The translations under genes and the position numbers were made by a program. From positions 1,152,001 through 1,216,000 of the forward strand of contig CBDBDQ010000005.1 in assembly GCA_965203905.1 (NCBI GenBank): DNA of 64,000 nucleotides, given 5' to 3'. The notes below the pieces were generated by a model. That model did not search any database. It was not told the DNA's origin and was given only the letters and a program-made list of their open reading frames with translations. Source of the DNA: Spirochaetia bacterium. GTDB lineage: Bacteria; Spirochaetota; Spirochaetia; SZUA-6; Bin103. Positions 40,151-51,745 of this stretch are shown in pieces; the stretch's first letter is position 1, and each line of letters opens with the position of its first letter.

Positions 40151-40950
40151 GGCCACAGGTACTTGCGAGCGGCGATCACGTCACCGGCACTGACGGTGGT
40201 GGCGGGGGTCTTGGCGGCGTGGTGCAGCGCCGCCAGAGCCAAGCGGTCGATGGCGCGCAGGTTGCCGCGGCTCATCTCGAAGATGGTTTCCTGAGCGTCG
40301 TCGTCGAAGGGATTGGTGCGAGCGCCGGCGAGGGTGCAGCGATGTTCGAGGTAGGCGCGGGTCTCATCGCGGGACAGCAGGCGCAGTTCGGCGTAATGCG
40401 CCAGGCGCTGCGCGATGGCGGCTTGTTCGGGGCGTCGCAGGAGCAGTCTCAGGTGTGGCTGGCCGGCGAGCACGAGGGACACGACGAGGCGCGAATCCAT
40501 GGAGAAGCTGGTCAGGAGGCGCAGCATGGCCAACGCTTCGGGGCGCAGGTCATGGGCCTCGTCAAGCAGGATGACCGGGCGCATGCCGTCGCTGGCGGTG
40601 TGTTCGAAAGCGTCCTGCAGCTTGCGCACCAGAGCGGGATAGATGCCGGTGGGAGAGAGGCCGCAGGCGACCGCGATTTCCTTGCACAGGTCACGCTTGG
40701 AGAGGCCGGTGACCTTGACGTAATGGACCTGGAAGCGCACCTCCGGCAGAGCGGCGACGAGCATGCGCAAGGCGACGGTCTTGCCGGTGCCGGCGGGAGC
40801 GATGAGGGCGGCGCTCATGCGCTCCTGCACCGCCGCGGTGAGTGCGGCGGCGACCTGGGCCTGAGGTTCGAGCGGAAAGCACTCGCGCACGGTCAACTCG
40901 CGGGTAAAGGGGGTCTTGCGAAAGCCCAGTGGGCTGAGGTCGTGGCTCAT
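40147..40950 (-). CDS. ExeA-family AAA+ ATPase (transposition helper type)
   Basis: LGF..TPF, APAGTGKT, LLDEAH, LVLAGQP, SRGNLRAI. Confidence 0.88.
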   Translation of the reverse strand: MSHDLSPLGFRKTPFTRELTVRECFPLEPQAQVAAALTAAVQERMSAALIAPAGTGKTVALRMLVAALPEVRFQVHYVKVTGLSKRDLCKEIAVACGLSPTGIYPALVRKLQDAFEHTASDGMRPVILLDEAHDLRPEALAMLRLLTSFSMDSRLVVSLVLAGQPHLRLLLRRPEQAAIAQRLAHYAELRLLSRDETRAYLEHRCTLAGARTNPFDDDAQETIFEMSRGNLRAIDRLALAALHHAAKTPATTVSAGDVIAARKYLWP

Positions 40951-42341
40951 GGCTGCTGCTCCTGGTCCTGTTGGTTGTCGTGCGGGTCGCGGTAGCCGCC
41001 GTCGGGGTCGACCAGCGGGCGGGTGTCGTTGGCGTAGGCGATGCCGGCCGCAGTGGCGGGGAGTTCCGCGCCGTCCTCGTCGGCGCTCGGTTGCGGCGCG
41101 CTGCCGGAGCCGCGCGGTGAGGTCGCGTTGGCGTGAGGATCCAGTTCGGCCAGCTCGATCATGCGCCCCTGATGCTGAACCCACAGCCGCCCGTCGAGTA
41201 CGTGGCGCGCCACCTCGACCCAACAGCGGGCGCTGCGGCGCGGCGCTTCCCACAACCGACCGTCGGCCTTGATGACGTGATCGTTGGAGACCTTGTGCAT
41301 GGCGCGCACCACGAAGCGGCGATACAGATCGGCTTCGTCGCTGGGAAAGCGCAACTCCCGTCCCTGCTCCCAGCGCTGGCGCGGGGTGTCCTTGCCGAGC
41401 GTCTCGTGCGGGGTGTCGTTGTAGCGGTTCAGAAAGTGGCGCAGGCGCAGCGTGAGTGCCTCGCAAGCGGGGTCCACGTCGGCGGCACCGTCGAAGGAAC
41501 GCAGCACCTGATCGTAAGCGGTGCGATGGAAGCGCTCGATGGCGCCGTGGCCCTCGGGATACCTGGTGGTGCCGTGAATCAGCAAGGTGCCCAGGCCGCC
41601 CTGGACCACGGCCAGGGTGTCCTTGGAGATGAAGCCCGGGCCTTTGTCCAGGTAGTACAGATCCGCAGTGCCATGGTGCATGACCACCTCGTAGAGGCCG
41701 CGCAGGAACAGCTCGCTGGACTCCGCGGTGCCCACCAGCACCTCCAGGCCGTAGCGGGTGGCATCGTCGAGGAAGAACAGCGCCACCCGCCGCCGCCGCG
41801 CCGCGCCGGCGCGGAAGTGCTTGCCGTCGGCAAGCACGCACTGCATGCGCTCGGCATAGCGCCAGCGCCGCGTGTCCGCTTCGTGTTTGTGCGGTCGCCG
41901 GCGCGTCGGCAGGCCCATCCGCCGACAGGCGCGCCACACGGTAGTGCGGTCGATCCTGGCGTCGACCGGGATGATGCCGCGCTCGCGCGCTCGGCGCACC
42001 AGTTCCGGTGTCGAGGCGCGCGCATCACGTTGCTTCTCGGTACGCAGAAAGGTGACCAGTTGCGGACTCAGTGCCAGTGAGGTGGTGGTCAGGGTGCGCT
42101 GCTGCGGCTCCAGCGCGGTGAGCTTGTCGCTCGCCCAGGCTGCGCGCCAGCGTTGCAGGGTACGCACGCTGATCCGCACCGGGCGACCGTCCAGGTCGAC
42201 ACGCGGTGCGCGGGCAACCTTGCGTACCGCGGCGCCCGCAGGACACCCGCGCAATACCAGGGCCTCCACCTCGGCGACCACCGAGTAGCGCAGCAACGCG
42301 GTGGCCGAGACCGCTAACGGGGGACGTGTTGGATCGTTCAT
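40947..42341 (-). CDS. DDE-type integrase/transposase (Mu-like)
   Basis: HTH ISVRTLQRW, ADGKH, FLDDATRY, YLDKG, GHGAIERF, YN..PH. Confidence 0.88.
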   Translation of the reverse strand: MNDPTRPPLAVSATALLRYSVVAEVEALVLRGCPAGAAVRKVARAPRVDLDGRPVRISVRTLQRWRAAWASDKLTALEPQQRTLTTTSLALSPQLVTFLRTEKQRDARASTPELVRRARERGIIPVDARIDRTTVWRACRRMGLPTRRRPHKHEADTRRWRYAERMQCVLADGKHFRAGAARRRRVALFFLDDATRYGLEVLVGTAESSELFLRGLYEVVMHHGTADLYYLDKGPGFISKDTLAVVQGGLGTLLIHGTTRYPEGHGAIERFHRTAYDQVLRSFDGAADVDPACEALTLRLRHFLNRYNDTPHETLGKDTPRQRWEQGRELRFPSDEADLYRRFVVRAMHKVSNDHVIKADGRLWEAPRRSARCWVEVARHVLDGRLWVQHQGRMIELAELDPHANATSPRGSGSAPQPSADEDGAELPATAAGIAYANDTRPLVDPDGGYRDPHDNQQDQEQQP

Positions 42342-42370
42342 GCGCCTACCGTAGCGCCGTACGGGAGGAT

Positions 42371-43195
42371 TCAAATAAGCGCTTTCGTGGCCGGCGGTGC
42401 CCGTCCCCGAGGATGAGCGACAACCCCCTGTTCCCGCGCCTCGGAACGGTCAATCGCGGCCACTATCCAGCTCTTGCCGGTCTGCTCCCAACGCGCCACC
42501 AGCCGCGGACGCGGTGGCCCCCACAGGTCGCTGACCGCACCAGCCGCAGCCATGCGGTCACCCAGCGTCGCGCTGACCGCCAGCGCCAGCAGCACCGCCA
42601 TGATCGCTGCGCCGCGGCGCTGCCAACTGCGCCCCCAGCGCTGCGCCTCCGCGAGCACGGTCATGGTCGCCACTCCCAGCCGCGTCGCGATCTGCTCTCG
42701 CTGCCGCTGGTCCAACTCCGGGCTGACCCCGGTCAACCGACCGGCCAGCTCCAGGCGCCGTCCCTGGATACGCCGGCAGGGCGTACTCAACGCTTGCCAC
42801 CAATGCTGCTCAGCTGGCCACAGCTTCCCCTGCTTCGCATCCTGCGCGGCCCCGAACAGCGTCACCTGCCACTGCGGTCGTTTGCCGGTTGCGTCCAACA
42901 GCACGTCTCCGCCTGCGCTGTAGGGCACCACCGCCACGCGTCCGTAGGGGTAGTGTCCGGGCGGATACAGGGTGTAGCGCCGGCCCCCATGCACCCCGCA
43001 CCCCACCACCGCTAGCGGATAGCGGGGCCCGGTCTTGCGCTCGCGGTAATGATCGACGAAGATGGCACACGTCTGCTCCCCCGTGGCGTAGACACACCGC
43101 GACGGCAGCACGGCGCGCAAGGTTCCGTCCTGATCCGCCTGGTAGTTCGTCGTCGCGAACGGGAGCGCGTGTGCCTCGGTTGCACCCTCGGACAC
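42371..43195 (-). CDS. Hypothetical transposon-associated protein with Cys/His-rich N-terminus
   Basis: 274-aa ORF co-oriented and immediately upstream of the transposase; C...C..H.R.RKTGP...C..H...TLYPPGH.PYGR. Confidence 0.65.
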   Translation of the reverse strand: MSEGATEAHALPFATTNYQADQDGTLRAVLPSRCVYATGEQTCAIFVDHYRERKTGPRYPLAVVGCGVHGGRRYTLYPPGHYPYGRVAVVPYSAGGDVLLDATGKRPQWQVTLFGAAQDAKQGKLWPAEQHWWQALSTPCRRIQGRRLELAGRLTGVSPELDQRQREQIATRLGVATMTVLAEAQRWGRSWQRRGAAIMAVLLALAVSATLGDRMAAAGAVSDLWGPPRPRLVARWEQTGKSWIVAAIDRSEAREQGVVAHPRGRAPPATKALI

Positions 43196-43544
43196 TCGCT
43201 GCCTCTCGTGCCTCGGCGGGCGGTTGTCTTCCGCTCGCCGAGGCCGCCTAAAAGTGAAGCCCGCAGCATTTACCTGCTGCGGGCTTCACACTTTACGCCC
43301 CTGTCGCTCCTCCGCCTACGTCATCGTCACTGCAACCGGTACGCCCTCACCCCGCCCTTGGGCGCGCAACGCAATAGCGGTGTTGCGACCCGGAGAGTTC
43401 ATTCGACGAATCAGGAGTGATGCAACCCACAGGCATTCGCGGAGGCTCTCGCAGCCGTTGCCGACGCTCCGGCGGAGGTTGCGGACCTGATGAACGGCCG
43501 ATGGCGCCTTGCGCAGCGCGGCGCGCGAGACGCACTATAGGGGC

Positions 43545-45491
<1,947 letters not shown>

Positions 45492-45516
45492 CCTGGCAAC
45501 AGGCCACCCGCTGGAA

Positions 45517-45843
45517 CTAGGAGCCCAACTCGGTCAAGGCTTCTCGCACGAATCCGTCGGGCAGACTCGTCGCGGTGGAGTATCGGGCACGGCGCTGAAC
45601 GCCGTTGGCATTTACCAGGCACAATGCACCGCCTCGAGAATCACACAGGAGAATGACTGAGCCGCGCTCATTGGGCAGATCCAGGGCGATTTCACCATCC
45701 GCGGTCGGATAGACCTCGAAGCGCTGCGGAACGATCGCGTACATCTGAGTCAACAGACGTCTTGCACTCTGAATCGCGTCGTCGGTTGGCCTTGGGAATC
45801 CCTCCTCCGCAGCGTCCGTGACCGCCTCATCCAGATCGCTCAA
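45517..45843 (-). CDS. Hypothetical protein (108 aa)
   Basis: TTG start overlaps the amidohydrolase stop (TTGA); globular-looking sequence with VYPT.DGEI; lower GC. Confidence 0.55.
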   Translation of the reverse strand: MSDLDEAVTDAAEEGFPRPTDDAIQSARRLLTQMYAIVPQRFEVYPTADGEIALDLPNERGSVILLCDSRGGALCLVNANGVQRRARYSTATSLPDGFVREALTELGS

Positions 45844-46697
45844 TGTGGCGTGAGGCCGGGCGACCAGCGGTAGATCTTCGCGAGCGCACCGCCCATGAGT
45901 TCCGACCGCTCCGAATCGGAGAGCCGGTCGGTGACCCGGAACGCCTCGACGCCCTGCTCGTAGGTCAGCAGGTTCACCGCCCGGGTCCAGTCGGTGCCCC
46001 ACATGCAGCGAGCGAAGCCGAACGCGTCGAATATCCTGCCCAGCGGCTCCCAGATGTCCGGATAGGGGAATGGCCGATGGGACAAGGTGCAGGCTCCGGA
46101 GATCTTGATCGCCACGTGGTCGAGCTCCGCGAGCGAGAGCACGTTGTCCAGGTCGGCAAACGGGTCCGGTGGCGCGGGCGGTTCGAAGGGTTGCGCCAGG
46201 CCCACGTGGTCGACCACCAACCGGGTGTCGGGGTTGCGGCGGGCCAGCTCGCGGAACAGGGGCAGTTGGCCCGAGCACATGACATTCACGGGAACCCCGG
46301 CCCGGCCGCCGGCGGCGAGTATGCGATTGATCCCGGGGTGATCCGCCTGGTACGACCCGTAGGTGAGCATGATTCGGGCACCGACCACGCCCGGCGTAGC
46401 GGTCCACTGCGCCATCTCTTCGGCAATCGTCTCCGACTGCGGATCGAAGGGCCTGATCAGGCCGAAGCGGTGCGGGTGCCTGCGGTGGACTTCGATGGCG
46501 TAGCTGGCATCGTAGCGGTACATGGAATAGGGCGAGACCAGCAGCGCCCCGTCGACCCCGACCGCGTCCATCGCCGCCACCATGTCGTCGCCGGTCACTT
46601 CGGCGGGACCCGCGAGCGTCCCGTGCCAGGGACGCTCCGGACGGTCACGTTCGTAGGCATGTACCTGCGAGTCTATGGTGGGTATGCGAGTCGCCAT
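45840..46697 (-). CDS. Amidohydrolase family protein (Amidohydro_2)
   Basis: IDSQVH, VDHVG, KISG, MWGTDW. Confidence 0.9.
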   Translation of the reverse strand: MATRIPTIDSQVHAYERDRPERPWHGTLAGPAEVTGDDMVAAMDAVGVDGALLVSPYSMYRYDASYAIEVHRRHPHRFGLIRPFDPQSETIAEEMAQWTATPGVVGARIMLTYGSYQADHPGINRILAAGGRAGVPVNVMCSGQLPLFRELARRNPDTRLVVDHVGLAQPFEPPAPPDPFADLDNVLSLAELDHVAIKISGACTLSHRPFPYPDIWEPLGRIFDAFGFARCMWGTDWTRAVNLLTYEQGVEAFRVTDRLSDSERSELMGGALAKIYRWSPGLTPH

Positions 46698-46815
46698 CGT
46701 CGTACTCCTCCGTCAGTGCACTTCGTGGTGTCGCCACGTAATCGCGAATACGCGGCGCCACGCGGGAATCATGTCGTCAATTCGCGAGCGAAACTGCGTC
46801 GTTTCTGGACGTGAA

Positions 46816-46857
46816 TTCGTGAGTTCGTCAACCGTACAGGCAACACGAACTCACGAA
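46816..46857. promoter_or_regulatory. Perfect 13-bp inverted repeat in a divergent intergenic region
   Basis: TTCGTGAGTTCGT-N16-ACGAACTCACGAA. Confidence 0.6.
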
Positions 46858-47023
46858 AAGCTCGCACGGTTCACGTATTCTTCGCTTGACCGGCCACCAA
46901 GCATGGTAACCTGATATGGCCCTTGGCAAGAGGGCGCCCTTTCTTTGGCCGTCGGGGTTCCCTATTCCCCCGGCGGCCTTTTCCTTCGCGCGCACGACGT
47001 TGTCACATCCTGGGGTGGACTAC

Positions 47024-48292
47024 ATGAGTCGGTCGGGCTGGCTGGTCAGCGCTCCCTACGATCTGTCATTCATCATTGGCTCCGCCGTGGTGCTCTTTGT
47101 CCCCCACGCCGTCCACCTGCTGTGGCCGAGCAACATCGTGGTCGACCTGGTGATCGCCGCGGCAATCGGCGGCCCGCACCTGTTCGCCACCTACACGCTC
47201 ACCTTCATGGAGCCCAACTTCCGGCGCCGCTACCCGCGCTACACCGCGGGCGCGCTGGCGCTGCCGCTGCTGGTGCTGGCCACCGCCATCGTGAACCTCG
47301 ACCTGCTGGTGACCGCGTTCTTCTTCCTGGCCGCCCTGCACGTGATCCACCAGGCCGGCTACGTTGCCGACAGCTACCGCGCCCGGCGCCCGGAGCCGGC
47401 CGCCGTCCAGGGCTGCTCGCGCCTCATAGACTACGGCCTGCTGCTGAGCAGCCTGTTCGTGCTGGCCACCTTCAAGTTCACCGGCGCGCCGCTGCGCATC
47501 TTCGGCACGGAGCTGAGCGAGCACCAGTTCGCCACCGGCGGCCGCCGCCTGCTGTTCCCCGCCTTCCTGCAGGCCGAAGTGCTGGCCTGGGCGCTGATGG
47601 CGGCGTTCCTGCTGTGCGCTGCCGCGTTCGCGGTCAAGTCGCTGCACGAGGCGGCGCGGGGGCGTCTCAACCTGCCCAAGACGCTGCACATGGTGCTGGC
47701 CGCCGGCCTGTTCTTCGTGACCCCGGCGCTGCAGAACCTGGACGTGGCGTTCCAGGGCCTCAACACCTGGCACTCGGTCCAGTACCTGGCGGTGGTGATC
47801 TTCCTCAACCGCCGTCGCCAGGCACAGGGCCTGATCGGCTCGCCCGTGGTGGCGCGATTCGCTACCCGTGGCCCAGGACTGTACGCCGTGGGGCTGGCCC
47901 TCACCGCCGCCTGCGGGCTGGTCTACCTGGCGCTGCGCGGGATCGTGCTACTGCTCGACGTCTGGCCCGACGACGCGCTGCAGCAGCACTACTTCGCCTT
48001 CTACGTCTCGGTGCTGTCGGCGCTGCTGATCCACTACTACTTCGACCACTTCCTGTTCCTGCGCATCGACGGGGTGATCACGCCGCGTGAGCAGCGCACG
48101 GCACACGCCGCGCAGGCACGCGGGCCGGGCCGGCCGGCCCACGCACCGCGCCGCTCACGGAGGCAGATTTCGACGGGGGCCCATGGGTCATCGCTCCGTT
48201 CTGACGAGTTCACCGGCCGGCTCCAGCATAGCGTCCAGATCAGTCACTCGGGAGGCGGTTTCGGGGCTCGCCAGAGCCGTTATCAAGCCTGA
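47024..48292 (+). CDS. Polytopic membrane protein with conserved-looking His motifs
   Basis: About 9-10 hydrophobic segments; PHLFATY, HVIHQ, WHSVQY, HYYFDH. Confidence 0.8.
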   Translation: MSRSGWLVSAPYDLSFIIGSAVVLFVPHAVHLLWPSNIVVDLVIAAAIGGPHLFATYTLTFMEPNFRRRYPRYTAGALALPLLVLATAIVNLDLLVTAFFFLAALHVIHQAGYVADSYRARRPEPAAVQGCSRLIDYGLLLSSLFVLATFKFTGAPLRIFGTELSEHQFATGGRRLLFPAFLQAEVLAWALMAAFLLCAAAFAVKSLHEAARGRLNLPKTLHMVLAAGLFFVTPALQNLDVAFQGLNTWHSVQYLAVVIFLNRRRQAQGLIGSPVVARFATRGPGLYAVGLALTAACGLVYLALRGIVLLLDVWPDDALQQHYFAFYVSVLSALLIHYYFDHFLFLRIDGVITPREQRTAHAAQARGPGRPAHAPRRSRRQISTGAHGSSLRSDEFTGRLQHSVQISHSGGGFGARQSRYQA

Positions 48293-49057
48293 GGGCCGCT
48301 CCCCGCCGGAGCCCAGGCGGCGTACGTCTATGAACGTGTAATCGAATCTGTTCCAGCCCTTGGTAAACGAGCGCGGCGTCCAGGCGGGGAGGCCGTTGTA
48401 GAGCAGTATCGGCATGATGAACGGGGGGTCTTCCTCAACGCTTCGACCGTTGCGCAGGCTTTCGGAAAGCATGGATGCGTAACGGCGAAGTCGTTGCGCT
48501 ACTCTCGGGTACGGGTACGCCATCACTTCGATCATAAGCACCGGCGTCCCCCAGCGGTGCCGCCGACCCGGCAGATAGTCCACGCTCCACGGCGAATCGC
48601 AGCGTATCTCCCGGAGATCCCCTTCCCAACCGACGCAATTGCCCGGCAGCTTCCGCAACGTCCCGACGTCGAGATTGTCCGCGATCTCCGCCGGCAGGAA
48701 TCGCAGCAGTGCCCGAATCGTCTCCTTGCGAATGAATGCGTAGCTGACCGCCGCCTGCGGATGCGGCCACTCGTCGGCGTCCTCGGGCTCGATACCAATC
48801 GAGTCGGCGGCACGGCAGTCGCCACAGATCCCCTGCCGCAAGTCAGCGCCGCGCTCCCAGCAGTAGTAACAGATCCCCAGACGCTGCCCCACTCCCGCGA
48901 GCGCTTCGCCGGGATTGCCGTCGTGGTATCGGGACAGCGCCAGGGCGGCCTGAACGAAGCTGAGCGTTCGTTCCTCGCCGACGTGCTTGAAGAACGACTC
49001 CGACTCAAGCCGGATCAGTACTTGGTTCATCAAGTAGCTGTTGAAGTGGTCGGACAT
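48188..49057 (-). CDS. Fusion of a small helical/Zn-ribbon domain and a degenerate Rpn/YhgA-like domain
   Basis: N-terminal 80 aa paralogous to 49098-49352; then LD..TL.KL, R.D..W.V, LMIE, R..RY, P..LYNG..W. Confidence 0.7.
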   Translation of the reverse strand: MSDHFNSYLMNQVLIRLESESFFKHVGEERTLSFVQAALALSRYHDGNPGEALAGVGQRLGICYYCWERGADLRQGICGDCRAADSIGIEPEDADEWPHPQAAVSYAFIRKETIRALLRFLPAEIADNLDVGTLRKLPGNCVGWEGDLREIRCDSPWSVDYLPGRRHRWGTPVLMIEVMAYPYPRVAQRLRRYASMLSESLRNGRSVEEDPPFIMPILLYNGLPAWTPRSFTKGWNRFDYTFIDVRRLGSGGERPSGLITALASPETASRVTDLDAMLEPAGELVRTER

Positions 49058-49097
49058 CACACAGCGTCCTCAGAGAACGCGCTTGCAGCAGGCCACG

Positions 49098-49352
49098 TTA
49101 CCAGTCTCGGCACGAGGAGCATACACCGTGACGGAGCTCGTCGTATTGCTGGAAGCAATGGTAACAGATGCCGAGACGTTCGCCGATGCCATCGAGGACT
49201 TCGCCGGGGTTGCCGTCGTGTTCGAGCGTAAGACGGCGGACATGGGAGAGGAACTCCGCGGTCCTCTCCGGCCCGATGTCGGAGAAGAAGGACTCCCGCT
49301 CAATCATGGTGAGCAGGCTGTTCAGCATGTAGCTGCCGCTGTGATTTGACAT
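49098..49352 (-). CDS. Small hypothetical Zn-ribbon protein
   Basis: HDGNPGE.L.G.G.RLGICYHC......GVCSSCR. Confidence 0.75.
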   Translation of the reverse strand: MSNHSGSYMLNSLLTMIERESFFSDIGPERTAEFLSHVRRLTLEHDGNPGEVLDGIGERLGICYHCFQQYDELRHGVCSSCRDW

Positions 49353-49358
49353 TGCGTC

Positions 49359-49571
49359 TTACCCTGGCGGATAGATGTTGGATTGACGAAACAGTCGATC
49401 CAGCTCCGGCAGCAGCCGCTCGGCCTGCTCGGGTTCCAGCTTCTGCGTTACCAGTTCCTTGACTTGCTCGGAGAGCAACCACATCAATTCGCTATCACTG
49501 GATGGGTAGTAATTACCCTTGTCGTCCAGTAGCTCCGGCGGGACTTTCTTCAGATAACTTTCTGGGGCCAT
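49359..49571 (-). CDS. Small acidic hypothetical protein
   Basis: 70-aa ORF with GGAGGAA ribosome-binding site; 6 bp from the next gene. Confidence 0.65.
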   Translation of the reverse strand: MAPESYLKKVPPELLDDKGNYYPSSDSELMWLLSEQVKELVTQKLEPEQAERLLPELDRLFRQSNIYPPG

Positions 49572-49728
49572 TTGGATGTTCCTCCCTCCCGGGGCGGGTA
49601 CCGGCGCCCGCTGTGCACGGCCAACTGTGGTTTCTCGTGGTACCTTCGGTACCGCACTGACTGATCATACTCGAAAACATGCTCAGCGTCGGGTTGGTGC
49701 ATCAGGTGCGGCAGGATGGGATGAGCCC

Positions 49729-50297
49729 GTGGGCCGACGCAGACTGCCGATCGGCATACAGACCTTCCGCAAGCTGCGGGAGCAGAACTGCTACTACGTC
49801 GACAAGACGCCCTACGTCCAGCGCCTGCTCGACGAGGGCACCCACTACTTCCTCTCGCGGCCACGGCGGTTCGGCAAGGGCCTGTTCCTGGACACGCTGA
49901 AGGAACTGTTTACCGGCAGCGAGGAACTGTTCGCGGGGCTGTACATCCACGACCGGCACGACTGGTCGCAACGCCACCCGGTGGTGCGGCTGAGCTTCGG
50001 CAGCGCCAACTTCAAGGACCCGGAGCGCCTGGAGGAAGACGTTTCGCTGCAACTGGAGTACCTGGAGGAAGAAGCTGGTATTCCGCCGCGCGAGGTGAAC
50101 TCCGCCTTGCGTTTCCGCCGTCTGCTGCAGGCGCTGCACCGCAACTCCGGGCGCCGCCGGGCTCGGCGCTGGCGCAGTTGCGGGAGCGCGACTACGCGGC
50201 CAGGTACCGGGCCGGCGGCGAGCCGATCCACCTGATCGGCGTGGAGTTCAGCCGCGAGACCCGCAACGTCACGGCGTTCGAGGTAGCCGAGGGCTGA
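49729..50297 (+). pseudogene. AAA-ATPase-like / PD-(D/E)XK_9 family gene with large internal deletion
   Basis: LPIGIQTF, YYVDKT and SRPRRFGK joined out of frame (~50155) to the family C-terminus ALAQLRE..YA..Y...IHLIGVEFS...RN. Confidence 0.85.
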
Positions 50298-50605
50298 CCG
50301 CCGCAGGGACTGATCCGCTCGCCCCTGGTGGCGCGCATCGCCACCCGCGGCCCAGGCCGGTACGCCCATGGGCCTGGGGCCGGCCACGCGGTATAGTGCT
50401 GCTGCTCGACGCATGGCCCGGCGACGCGCTCCAGGTGCCGGTGCTCCGGCACCGGACCGGCTGCCCGTCTGTCGCCCGGGCCGCGCCCGTCGACCCGCCG
50501 CCGGCGCCGGCTCGGCGTTGAGCACGCCCACGGCGGCGCTGCGCCCGGTCTCGCCGGTGGCGTCCCGAGAGGCCGTGGGACGGATCGTCGCGTCCTACGA
50601 GCGGT

Positions 50606-51745
50606 CTATCGACCGGCCGCCTCCAGGCGTGCCAACTCGTCGTCGATCAGCTCCGCCAGGTGCTCGAACGGTACCGCCCCCGACAGAAAGCGCCCGTTGA
50701 CGAACAGCGCCGGTGTGCCGGAGACGCCGAGAGCCTCCCCGGCCCGATAGTCCTCGCGCACCGCTCCCGCGTGGCGGCCCTCGTCCAGACAGCGGTCGAA
50801 CTCCGCGCCGTCCAGGCCCAGACGGCGCGCCTTCTCCTTGAGATCCGCCACCTCCAACGCCTGCTGCTCCGCGAACATGAGGTCGTGCAGCTCCCAGAAC
50901 TTGCCCTGCTCCGCGGCGCACAGCGATGCCTCGGCAGCCTTCTGGGCGCGCGGGTGGATGGAGTACAGAGGGAAGTGGCGGTACACCAGCCGCAGCTTGC
51001 CCGCGTACTCCTTCTTGGCGCGCTCCAGGGTCGGCAGGAAGCGGGCGCAGAACGGGCACTCGAAGTCCGAGAATTCGACGATGGTCACGGCGGCGTCGGG
51101 CGGTCCGGTGGCGGGGAACCCGTCCACGGCCACCTCGAAGCGGAGCGGAGCGAGCCGATATTCGACCGCGAACCGCTGCTCCAGCGCCGTGAAGAACTCG
51201 CTGCGCGCGCGTTGCTGCGCCTGGCGTTCCAGGTACGCACGGATCTGACCGCTGGTCTGCTCCAGCGAGCCGCGAATGCGCGCCTTGTTGCGTTCGTAGA
51301 AGGTGTTGACGTCCTGCTCCCCGACCGGCTGCGCCGCCTCGTCGACGCGGGCCAGCAGCGCGGGCGCGGTGGTTGCGGTGCGCTCCGCTTCCCGCTCCAG
51401 CAGCCGTTGCCAGACCAGTTCGCGCAACGCCCCGTCGAGCGCTTCATGACGGCTGCGCGTGGCCTCGACCTGGCAGCGCAGCAGCGCGCTCTCGCTCTCC
51501 TCCAGGGCGAGCGCCGCCGCCACCAGGAGCTCGTTGTGCGACACCGACTCGTCGCCGATCACGGCCACCACGTCGTCGTTCCCCCACAGCAGGGGAGCGG
51601 CTGCCAGCAGCACAAGGAGGAGTGCCCAGCGCCGCGGCAACTTGCGGAAGCGAGCGCCGAGGGGCCGGCGTTCGCAGCCGCCGCTCGACGCACCAGGTGC
51701 ATGGAGCGGCGCCGGGGACTGAAAGACGGTATCCTGATGGCACAT
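50606..51745 (-). CDS. DsbA-family thioredoxin domain protein with N-terminal SurA-like helical region
   Basis: Signal peptide; EFSDFECPFC, RHFPL, GTPALFVNG; start uncertain. Confidence 0.88.
   Translation of the reverse strand: MCHQDTVFQSPAPLHAPGASSGGCERRPLGARFRKLPRRWALLLVLLAAAPLLWGNDDVVAVIGDESVSHNELLVAAALALEESESALLRCQVEATRSRHEALDGALRELVWQRLLEREAERTATTAPALLARVDEAAQPVGEQDVNTFYERNKARIRGSLEQTSGQIRAYLERQAQQRARSEFFTALEQRFAVEYRLAPLRFEVAVDGFPATGPPDAAVTIVEFSDFECPFCARFLPTLERAKKEYAGKLRLVYRHFPLYSIHPRAQKAAEASLCAAEQGKFWELHDLMFAEQQALEVADLKEKARRLGLDGAEFDRCLDEGRHAGAVREDYRAGEALGVSGTPALFVNGRFLSGAVPFEHLAELIDDELARLEAAGR

Larger units (their letters stand above)
39041..43413 (-). mobile_element. Putative four-gene DDE transposon (Mu/IS21/Tn552-like): hypothetical, transposase, ExeA-like ATPase, RepA-like ATPase; exact ends uncertain
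   Basis: Co-oriented genes with ATGA overlaps; perfect 15-bp inverted repeat at 39073-39087 / 43360-43374; no target duplication identified. Confidence 0.65.

Noticed and set aside
39036-43435. Target-site duplication for the DDE element
   Set aside because: Sequence before TG at 39041 (TATAG) does not match the sequence after the candidate CA ends checked by eye; ends left uncertain
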